Source: Candidatus Fermentibacterota bacterium (GTDB taxonomy: Bacteria > JAFGKV01). Taken from it: a DNA stretch of 64,000 bases. A program made the position numbers and the translations under genes. The stretch covers positions 1-64,000 of the forward strand of contig JAFGKV010000096.1 in assembly GCA_016928395.1 (NCBI GenBank), in the 5' to 3' direction. Below the pieces are notes generated by a model that was not told where the DNA came from, made no database searches, and saw only the letters and a program-made list of their open reading frames with translations. Each line of letters opens with the position of its first letter. Position 1 is the first letter of the stretch. This document shows positions 56,901 to 64,000 of this stretch, in pieces.

Positions 56901-57023
56901 TGGATGACCGCCACGGCATTGGTGAATGAGACCGGGCAAGTGTATGCGATCGCGACAACGGAACGGTCGATCGGATCAACGAATGCCCACACGAAGGAGG
57001 CCCGCGATGGCTCGCAGGGATAA
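53928..57023 (+). CDS. CheB methylesterase - CheR methyltransferase fusion with coiled coil and PAS domains
   Basis: CheB triad motifs GASAGG, VQHL and SGTGSDG. CheR motifs GCSTGEEAYS, ATDI and CRNLLIY. NEELQSTNEEL repeats. Start MTGKKG after GGAGG. Confidence 0.93.
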   Translation: MTGKKGNTQNRKTKATPATPAKSPPVSAETDQAEPGPVPTRQAHFPIVGIGASAGGLAAFEAFFSGMPADTDPGMAFVLVQHLAPDHESILTDLIRRHTRMQVFQVEDGMVVQPNCAYVIPPGSDMAFLNGTLQLMEPSAPRGQRLTIDYFFRSLAQDQHERAIGIVLSGTGSDGTLGVRAIKGEGGMVMAQNPASTEYDGMPRSAIATGLVDYELPPAEMPAQLIAYVTHAFGTPPRPSTATASAVENDLKKIFILLRAHTGHDFSRYKSSMINRRIERRMAVHQIETMDGYVKHLQHAPEELDALFRDLLIGVTSFFRDSEAFRALEEQVIPKLFAGRPASSVIRVWSPGCSTGEEAYSIAILLAERQEAMKQSFKVQIFATDISSQAIVAARAGLYPASIAADLSPERLMRFFTAEPDGSAYRIHRGIRDMLVFSEQDAIENAPFAKLDLISCRNLLIYMGGDLRRNLIPMFHYALKPGGYLFLGTSETADEFGDLFTALDRKSKLYERKEETHGTKHTAMRRFLPAMTAIDVALPRAVEKAANAPKLPLRELTEQALLLQGGLAGVLVNYHGDILYLHGRTGQYLEPAPGEAGTNNILKMAREGLRRELTVALRKAVRTREVIRCPGLRVKTNGDVSTVNLTVRPVAPSLAAPAQGKPGAAIETPLFLVVLQETRSDKSDKSDASDTPDANARIAALKQELRSKEEYLDATIEELETSNEELKSFTVEMQSVNEELQSTNEELETSKEELQSVNEELATINAELQTKVADLSRANNDMNNLLAGTGIATVFVDLDLRILRFTPRAIEIVKLRVSDVGRPVGHIVSNLVGYDRLAMDAQAVLDTLTPKELEVQTRAGVWYAMRILPYRTLDNAIEGAVITFVDITETWKIREALRKANELLRLAVVVRDAHDAITVHDLDGRIIAWNPGAVRMYGWSEAEALAMNARERIPKGLRDQALVKAHQLSQAQVLKPFRTERLTRDGAVVEVWMTATALVNETGQVYAIATTERSIGSTNAHTKEARDGSQG

Positions 57024-59871
57024 CCCGCCTGGCGACGCCGCCGAACTGCGCCGGGAGGCCGAGGAGATCGCCCGGAGAAAAGCCGCCCATTCGCTGAAGA
57101 GCATTGAGACCCTGTCGACCGAAGAAGTACGGAAGGTTCTCCACGAACTAGACGTGCACCAGATCGAGCTGGAGCTACAGAACGAGGAACTGCGCCGGGC
57201 GCAGGCGGAACTGGAAGCGTCGCGGGCGCGATACTTCGACCTGTACGATCTAGCCCCTGTCGGCTATTGCACCCTTAGCGAGAAGGGGCTGATCCTGGAA
57301 GTCAATCTCGCCGCCGCCGCCCTGCTGGGCGTGGCCCGGAGCGCGCTGGTCAACCGGGCGTTGACCAGCTTTGTCTACCCCGAGGACCAGGACATCTACT
57401 ACCTGCATCGCAAACAGCTCTTTGAGACCGGTGCGCCGCAGGCGTGTGAATTCAGGATGCTGCGTGCCAACGCCGGCCCTTTCTGGGCACATGTGGCGGC
57501 CACCGCGGCAAAGGACTCCGATGGCGCGCCCGTGCGCCGCGTCGTGATGAGTGACATCACGGAGCGGAAGAAGGCGGAGGCAACGCTGCGGGAGAGCGAG
57601 CAAAGGTACCACCTGCTGGTCGACACCGCTCAAGAATCGATCGTTGTCGCGCAAGACGGCCTGCTCAAGTTCGTCAATCCCGTGACGCTGGGCCTGTTGG
57701 AAGGGCATTCGGAGCAGGAACTCATTGATCGACCATTCACCGAATTCATCCACCCTGATGATCGGAGCATGGTGGTTGCCAACTACCGGCGCCGGATCGC
57801 AGGAGAACCAGTACAGTCCCGGTATGCCTTCAGGCTGGCTACCCGTGATGGCAGTATCAAGTGGGTGGAAATCAGTGCCGCCTTGATTGAATGGCAAGGC
57901 AGACCGGCCACATTGAACTTCCTCACGGATGTCACAGAGCGCAAGCGGGCGGAGGAGGAACGGCAGTCGGCGAGAGAATTCCTCGACAGGATCATCAACG
58001 CGATTGCGGATCCGGTCTTCGTCAAAGATGACCAGCGGCGTTTTGTGCTCGTCAATGACGCGCTGTGCGCGATCGTCGGCCGCCCGAGAGAGGCCCTCCT
58101 TGGCGAGGATGGCGACGATATGTTCCCCGAGGACCAGGTCGCGGTCTTCCGGAAGATGGACGCCGGTGTTCTCGACACCGGCAACGAGAATGTGAACGAG
58201 GAATCTCTGAGCAACTTGTCCAGCGGAGAGGTGCGCACGATCGTCACGCGCAAGACCCGCTACATCGATCCGGCCGGAAGACGGTTTCTCGTCGGAGTGA
58301 TCCGTGACTTCACCGAGCGCACGCGGGTGGAGGCGGCGCTACGGGAGAGCGAGGGGAGGTACCGGTCTCTCGTGGAGCTGGCGCCTGATGCGATCTACAC
58401 GATAGCTCCGGATGGCACCATATCGTCGCTGAACCAGGCCTTCGAGAAGATCACGGGCTGGTCGTGCGAAGAGTGGTTGGGGAGGCCCTTCGTGGGACTT
58501 GTTCACCCGGATGACCTGCCGGGAGCCGTGCAGTCGTTTGAATGCTCACTCCGCGGCGAGTTTCCACCGCCCTACGAAATGCGGATTCGGCTGAAGACGG
58601 GCGGTTACGTGGTCGCCGAATTCACCAGTTGCCCGCTTGTGGAAGATGGGCGGGTCATCGGCGAGCTGGGGATGGCCCGCGACATCACCAATCGCAAGCG
58701 TGCGGAGGAAGAGCGTGACCGGCTCCAGGCGCAACTCCTTCAGGCGCAGAAGATGGAATCCGTGGGGCGGCTTGCCGGCGGGGTGGCCCATGATTTCAAC
58801 AATCAACTGCAGGTGATCTTCGGATACACGACCTTTGCGCAAAAGCACGTGGACCCACACGAGCCCCTGTATGCCGACCTTGAGGAGATCCGCAAGGCCG
58901 CCCAGCGTTCCGCCGACCTGACGCGCCAACTGCTGGCCTTTGCCCGGAAACAGACCATCGCCCCAGAGGTGCTGGACCTGAACGTGACGATTGAGAGCAT
59001 CCTCAAGATGCTGCGGCGGCTCATCGGGGAGGCCATCGACCTGGCGTGGCTGCCGGGCAAGAACCTGTGGCCGATCAAGGTGGACCCGGCGCAGATCGAT
59101 CAGATCCTGGCAAACCTGTGCGTGAACGCGCGGGATGCGATAGGCGGCGTAGGAAAGATCACCATCGAGACGCGGACCGCCAGGTTCGACGAGGTCACCA
59201 GCGCGGGACATGTGGGATGTGTCCCCGGCGAGTATGTGATGCTGGGAGTAAGTGACGATGGGCGCGGGATGGACAAAGAGACCCTCGATAGGGTGTTCGA
59301 GCCGTTCTTCACGACCAAAGGGGCAGGAGAGGGAACCGGGTTGGGGCTGGCCATGGTGCATGGCATCGTGACGCAGAACAAGGGATTCATCAGCGTTCAG
59401 AGCGAACCGGGGGAAGGCACGACGTTTTGGATCTATCTGCCCCGGCACGAGGGCGAGGCGGTGGATGTGTTGAAGGAGCCCGTGGAGGAAACGCCGAGGG
59501 GCCAAGGCGAGACGGTGCTGGTGGTGGAAGACGAGGTCTCGATCCTGCGTCTGGCGAGGAGAATGTTAGAGGGTCTCGGTTACGTCGTTCTGACGGCAGG
59601 GACCCCTGGCGACGCCACACGACTGGCCGAGGAACATACTGGCGAGATCCATCTGCTCATGACCGACGTGGTGATGCCCCAGATGACGGGGAAGGATCTG
59701 GCGGAACGGATCATGGGGACGAGGCCGGGGCTGAGATGTCTGTACATGTCGGGGTACACGGCGGATGTGATCGCGCCCTTTGGCGTGCTTGAGGACGGTG
59801 TGCGGTTCATGCAGAAGCCGTTCACGCTGGAGGACTTGGCGCGGAAGGTGCGCGAGGCGCTGGAGGGGTGA
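57007..59871 (+). CDS. Four-PAS hybrid histidine kinase - receiver
   Basis: HQIELELQNEELR N-terminal coil, AGGVAHDFNN, GTGLGL, TDVVMP; start MARRD after AAGGAGG. Confidence 0.93.
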   Translation: MARRDNPPGDAAELRREAEEIARRKAAHSLKSIETLSTEEVRKVLHELDVHQIELELQNEELRRAQAELEASRARYFDLYDLAPVGYCTLSEKGLILEVNLAAAALLGVARSALVNRALTSFVYPEDQDIYYLHRKQLFETGAPQACEFRMLRANAGPFWAHVAATAAKDSDGAPVRRVVMSDITERKKAEATLRESEQRYHLLVDTAQESIVVAQDGLLKFVNPVTLGLLEGHSEQELIDRPFTEFIHPDDRSMVVANYRRRIAGEPVQSRYAFRLATRDGSIKWVEISAALIEWQGRPATLNFLTDVTERKRAEEERQSAREFLDRIINAIADPVFVKDDQRRFVLVNDALCAIVGRPREALLGEDGDDMFPEDQVAVFRKMDAGVLDTGNENVNEESLSNLSSGEVRTIVTRKTRYIDPAGRRFLVGVIRDFTERTRVEAALRESEGRYRSLVELAPDAIYTIAPDGTISSLNQAFEKITGWSCEEWLGRPFVGLVHPDDLPGAVQSFECSLRGEFPPPYEMRIRLKTGGYVVAEFTSCPLVEDGRVIGELGMARDITNRKRAEEERDRLQAQLLQAQKMESVGRLAGGVAHDFNNQLQVIFGYTTFAQKHVDPHEPLYADLEEIRKAAQRSADLTRQLLAFARKQTIAPEVLDLNVTIESILKMLRRLIGEAIDLAWLPGKNLWPIKVDPAQIDQILANLCVNARDAIGGVGKITIETRTARFDEVTSAGHVGCVPGEYVMLGVSDDGRGMDKETLDRVFEPFFTTKGAGEGTGLGLAMVHGIVTQNKGFISVQSEPGEGTTFWIYLPRHEGEAVDVLKEPVEETPRGQGETVLVVEDEVSILRLARRMLEGLGYVVLTAGTPGDATRLAEEHTGEIHLLMTDVVMPQMTGKDLAERIMGTRPGLRCLYMSGYTADVIAPFGVLEDGVRFMQKPFTLEDLARKVREALEG

Positions 59872-60121
59872 CAAGGAGTGCGGAGTGCGAGGCTGAATGA
59901 TTTCCCGCTCCGCCACTACGCGCAGGGCTGGATGCTGTCTGTACTGGGGGTATGTGCTGAGAAGTGGTGCGCGGGAACCCACCAGCGAAATCGGATTCGA
60001 CATGAGCCTCGCCTAGGAGCGGGACCATTGACGCCGAAAGGCCAATGGCTTTGCGGAAGCGGACAAAGGGAAGCGTTCTGTCGGTGACAGGCCGACTGCC
60101 GGTGTCGGCATCGATGGGGAA

Positions 60122-62788
60122 ATGAGGAGCCGGATGAGACTCAAGACGAAGCTGCTCGTCCTTTTGAGCTCGACAGCGGCCTTCATCGTCCTCGCCTTTG
60201 GTGGGATCATCTACACAAGGCTCCGGCATGAGCGGCTGACGCTGGTCCAGGAGAGCATCTCCCAGCAAGCGCGGGACTTCGGCTTCTCCTTGAAGAGCTT
60301 CTTCACCGAGGTGGAAGGCAACGTCAGTGCCTTGGCGGACAATGAGTTGGTCCGTTCGAGGGATGACAGTCGATTCACCAGCTTCCTGCACGCCGACGAG
60401 GACGGCTTCGAGTACAACTACACCGAGCAGGAGAGGAAGATCATCCAGATCTTCAACACCCACCGGCTCACGCACCGGTACGTGAACTCGGTCTACATGG
60501 GGAGAGAGAGCGGAGCCTTCGTCCGTTCCCACCCTCGAGAACGTCCTACCCGCTACGACCCCCGGGAACGGCCCTGGTACATCCTGGCCAAGGCCACACC
60601 TGGGGAAGTGATGAAGACCGACGCCTACCCCTCGCTAACCACCCGAGACGTCAACATCGGCGTAGTCAAGGCCTTGGTGGACGAAAGTGGGACGGTGTTC
60701 GGGGTGGTGGGCATTGACGTCACGCTTGTCAACCTGACGGACTATATGCACAGCTTCAAGATCCGCCCCGCCGGGACGGTCTTCCTGGTGGACCAGAATG
60801 GCGTGGTCCTTGCCAGCCAGGCACACGGGCTGCAGGGGAAGAAGATCGAGCAATATTCCCCGGCGCTCGCATCCGTACTGAGGAGACGCGACGCGGGAGT
60901 CGCATCCCTGAACATCCGGGGACAGAAGACGCTCCTTTTCTGCCAGAGCGTCACTGAACAGGATTGGAGGCTGTCCGTCCTCGTCCCCGTGGCTGACATC
61001 GAGCGACAGATCCGTGGCCCCATTCTCTGGACGGTTCTCAGCCTCTCCGCCGGCCTGGTGCTGCTGAGCATCCTCACCCTCTCCGGCCTCCATCTCTTCG
61101 TCATCCACCCCCTCAAGAGGCTCACCAGGGAGACCGACGCTATCGGCCGCACCGCGGATCTGGACCGACGGGTTGAGATTCGCTCCCGGGACGAAATCGG
61201 CGATCTGGCGGACTCCTTCAACGAGATGGTCGGCACCCTGAGACAATCCAAAACCTTGCTCCAGGAGAGCGAGCAGCGCTACCGGCACCTCTTCGAACGC
61301 AACCCGGCGCCGATGCTGATCTACGAGCGCGAGTCGCTGCAGATACTGGCCATGAACGAAGCCTTCCTGCGCCACTACGGCTACGCCGAGCGGGAAGCCC
61401 TGTTCCTTCACCTCCCGGATCTCTTCCCCGAGGCGGAGCGGGACCAAATCGTAGCCTTGGTCCCCCGCCTCAGCGGCTACGCTGACGTCGGCGAGTGGCA
61501 CCACCGTCGCAAGGATGGTGCGCTCATCACGGTAGTGGCCAGCTCGCACGACATCCCCTATCAGGGGCGGATGGCCCGGATCGCGGTCATCACCGATATC
61601 ACCGAACGCAAACAGGCCGAGGACGCGCTACGCGTCTCCGAGCAGAAGTTTATGAAGGCCTTCCACGCCACACCCGACGCGATCGTGATCAGCCGGGTCT
61701 CCGACGGTGTGCTGCTGGACGTCAACGAGGTCTTCCTCCGGTACACCGGACACACGCGCGAAGGGGTACGACAGCGGTCCGCGGTCGATTTGGGCCTTTG
61801 GGCCAACGCTGGCGATCGGGAGCGGTACATCTCGGCCGTGCGGGCCGAGGGTCGCGTCCGGGACATGGAGGCGGCTTTCGTCACCACATCCGGAACGGTG
61901 CTCGACGGCCTCGTGTCCGGAGAGGGCATTGAGGTGGACGGGGAAGCCTGCCTGCTGACCATCATTCGCGACATCACGGAGCGCAAACGCATCGAAGCCG
62001 AGCTGGAGCGGCATCGGTTGCACCTCGAGGAACTCGTCGCGTCGCGCACAGCCGAACTGGCGGCCGCCAAGGAGCGCGCTGAATCCGCCGACCGCGTGAA
62101 GTCCGCCTTTCTGGCGACCATGTCGCATGAATTGCGCACGCCGCTCAACTCAATCATCGGGTTCACCGGCCTCTTGTTGCAGGGCTTGGCGGGGCCGTTG
62201 AACGCCGAGCAGAGCAAGCAGCTCCACATGGTCAAAGACAGCGGGCGACACCTGTTGGCCCTCATAAACGACGTGCTAGACATCTCGAAGATCGAGGCCG
62301 GTCAGATCGAAGTCGCAAGCGCGCCGTTTGACCTGCCGGAGTCCATTCACAAGGTCGTGCGAACCGTCACCCCCCTCGCCGATAGGAAGGGTCTGCAGTT
62401 GATCGTTCGGATCGCGCCCGAGGTGAGCCGGGTCACCAGCGATCGCCGTCGCGTCGAACAGATCCTCCTGAACCTGTTGAGCAACGCGATCAAGTTCACC
62501 GAGCAAGGCCACGTCACGCTCACTGTGGAGACTCTACCGGACGCAGTCCGCATCGCCGTTGCGGATACGGGCATCGGCATCAAGGCGGAGGATCTCGACA
62601 AGCTGTTCGAGCCGTTCCGCCAGCTTGACACCGGCCTGACGCGCCAACACGAAGGGACTGGGCTGGGGTTGACCATCTGCAAGCGCCTGATCGAGCGGTT
62701 AGGCGGGGAGGTTCACGTTGAGAGCGAATGGGGCAAGGGCAGCACGTTCCGTTTCACGCTGCCGATCCACCCAGAGAGGGGACCATGA
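60122..62788 (+). CDS. dCache - HAMP - PAS - PAS - histidine kinase
   Basis: YDPRERPWY dCache motif, RDEIGDLADSFN HAMP, FLATMSHELRTPLNS, GTGLGL; alternative start at 60134. Confidence 0.92.
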   Translation: MRSRMRLKTKLLVLLSSTAAFIVLAFGGIIYTRLRHERLTLVQESISQQARDFGFSLKSFFTEVEGNVSALADNELVRSRDDSRFTSFLHADEDGFEYNYTEQERKIIQIFNTHRLTHRYVNSVYMGRESGAFVRSHPRERPTRYDPRERPWYILAKATPGEVMKTDAYPSLTTRDVNIGVVKALVDESGTVFGVVGIDVTLVNLTDYMHSFKIRPAGTVFLVDQNGVVLASQAHGLQGKKIEQYSPALASVLRRRDAGVASLNIRGQKTLLFCQSVTEQDWRLSVLVPVADIERQIRGPILWTVLSLSAGLVLLSILTLSGLHLFVIHPLKRLTRETDAIGRTADLDRRVEIRSRDEIGDLADSFNEMVGTLRQSKTLLQESEQRYRHLFERNPAPMLIYERESLQILAMNEAFLRHYGYAEREALFLHLPDLFPEAERDQIVALVPRLSGYADVGEWHHRRKDGALITVVASSHDIPYQGRMARIAVITDITERKQAEDALRVSEQKFMKAFHATPDAIVISRVSDGVLLDVNEVFLRYTGHTREGVRQRSAVDLGLWANAGDRERYISAVRAEGRVRDMEAAFVTTSGTVLDGLVSGEGIEVDGEACLLTIIRDITERKRIEAELERHRLHLEELVASRTAELAAAKERAESADRVKSAFLATMSHELRTPLNSIIGFTGLLLQGLAGPLNAEQSKQLHMVKDSGRHLLALINDVLDISKIEAGQIEVASAPFDLPESIHKVVRTVTPLADRKGLQLIVRIAPEVSRVTSDRRRVEQILLNLLSNAIKFTEQGHVTLTVETLPDAVRIAVADTGIGIKAEDLDKLFEPFRQLDTGLTRQHEGTGLGLTICKRLIERLGGEVHVESEWGKGSTFRFTLPIHPERGP

Positions 62789-63180
62789 AACACACTATTC
62801 TCCTCATCGAAGACAATGAGCAGAACCTCTACCTTGCTACGTTCCTTCTGGAACAGAATGGTTTCGATGTGATCCCGGCCCGAACCGGACCTGAGGGAAT
62901 CGAACTGGCCGGCCGGATCGTGCCCGACCTTGTTATTCTCGATATCCAATTGCCCCAGATGGACGGCTACGCAGTGGCGCGAGCCTTGAGACAGAACCCG
63001 ACTCTGAAGGACGTGCCCATTGTGGCAGTCACCTCCCACGCGATGGTGGGCGACCGGGAGCGAACGCTGGAGGCTGGATGCAACGGTTACATCGAGAAAC
63101 CCATTGACCCCGATACGTTCAGGAGCCAGATCGAAGAGCATCTGAAGACCCGACCGACGAGTGGAGGGACTGAACCATGA
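62785..63180 (+). CDS. Single-domain response regulator (DivK-like), paralog of 39602
   Basis: MKHTILLIEDNEQN, LDIQLPQMDG, GYIEKPI. Confidence 0.92.
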   Translation: MKHTILLIEDNEQNLYLATFLLEQNGFDVIPARTGPEGIELAGRIVPDLVILDIQLPQMDGYAVARALRQNPTLKDVPIVAVTSHAMVGDRERTLEAGCNGYIEKPIDPDTFRSQIEEHLKTRPTSGGTEP

Positions 63181-64000
63181 CCATCCTCATCGTGGACGAC
63201 AATGAGCAGAACCTCTATCAACTCCAAGTGCTTCTGGGCGGTAATGGGTATGAAGTCGTGGCCGCCCCCAATGGCGCGGAGGCGCTGGCCAAGGGCCGGC
63301 AGAATCCGCCGGACCTCATCATCAGCGACATCTTGATGCCGGTGATGGACGGGTTCGCCCTCTGTCGGAAGTGGAACCAAGACGAGCGTCTGCGGTCAGT
63401 CCCCTTCATCTTCTACACTGCCACCTACACGGACGGGCGGGACCGTGAGTTCGCACTCGGCCTTGGGGCTGCGCGGTTCATCGTCAAACCGGTGGAGCCG
63501 GAGGTCTTCATACAGACGATTCAGGAAGTCATCCAGCAGGTTCAGCATCCTGCCTCCGGGGCGACCCGCGAGCGGATCGAGGCGCCTCCGGGCGATGAAG
63601 CCGGGTACTTGAAGCAGTACAACGCGACGCTGATCAGGAAGCTGGAAGCGAAGATGCAGCAACTGGAGCAGACTAACCGCGAATTGGAGCTGAGCCTTGC
63701 GGACCACAGGCATATGGAGCACGATCTGGAGGCGTCCGAAACGCGGTACCGTCGCCTGTTCGAAGCCGCCAAGGACGGCATCCTGATCCTCGATGCGGAC
63801 ACGGGAATGATCGTTGACGTCAATCCGTTCCTGGTGGAGTTGGTGGGGTGTTCGCGCAACGAGTTCCTTGGTAGGCACCTCTGGGAGATCGGCCTGTTCC
63901 GAAACATTGTAGCCTCCAAGGCTTCGTTCGCCGAATTGCAGGACAAGGGATACGTCCGTCATGAGGATCTCCCGCTTGCGACCCGTGACGGGCGGGAGAT
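63177..64000 (+). CDS. Receiver - PAS protein (truncated by window end), paralog of 39985
   Basis: Manual translation MTILIVDDNEQNLY...SDILMPVMDGFALC...FYTATYTD...YRRLFEAAKDGILILD; ATGA overlap. Confidence 0.9.
   Translation, partial: MTILIVDDNEQNLYQLQVLLGGNGYEVVAAPNGAEALAKGRQNPPDLIISDILMPVMDGFALCRKWNQDERLRSVPFIFYTATYTDGRDREFALGLGAARFIVKPVEPEVFIQTIQEVIQQVQHPASGATRERIEAPPGDEAGYLKQYNATLIRKLEAKMQQLEQTNRELELSLADHRHMEHDLEASETRYRRLFEAAKDGILILDADTGMIVDVNPFLVELVGCSRNEFLGRHLWEIGLFRNIVASKASFAELQDKGYVRHEDLPLATRDGRE

Noticed and set aside
53928-57023. Chemotaxis gene cluster
   Set aside because: No cheA, cheW or MCP in the window
60025-60048. Hairpin CCATTG-AC-GCC-GAAA-GGC-CAATGG as a c-di-GMP riboswitch
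   Set aside because: A GNRA-capped stem is present, but I could not match the rest of the class I or II consensus; an Rfam scan would settle it

Overview
GC-rich bacterial chromosomal window containing the replication-origin region. The first ~16 kb holds a MATE transporter (partial), a large GH13 alpha-amylase-family protein, a protein-disulfide oxidoreductase, a thymidylate-kinase-like protein, a methyltransferase, a diguanylate cyclase, dnaA, a DnaA-box cluster (candidate oriC), rpmH-rnpA-yidD-yidC-jag and a TldD/TldE pair. From 16.4 kb to the window end lies an almost pure signal-transduction island of about 24 genes. It has 14 histidine-kinase-type genes, about 17 receiver domains and a CheB/CheR fusion, but no DNA-binding response regulator. 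The most striking gene is 21672..23480: an intact receiver domain fused to a DnaA-type AAA+ domain and a C-terminal domain resembling a degenerate small GTPase. The AAA+ domain keeps Walker A/B and sensor II but lacks the box VII arginine finger and DNA-binding domain IV. It lies directly downstream of a Hpt-containing hybrid kinase, suggesting (inference) phosphorelay control of replication initiation. A second candidate system is a family of short-tandem-repeat inverted arms (GGARYGM heptamers and CGCAGAGR octamers). These enclose a GxxExxY nuclease-like gene, precede a four-helix-bundle remnant, and recur after the stop codons of three paralogous kinases. All calls are by eye from motifs; no database search was run.
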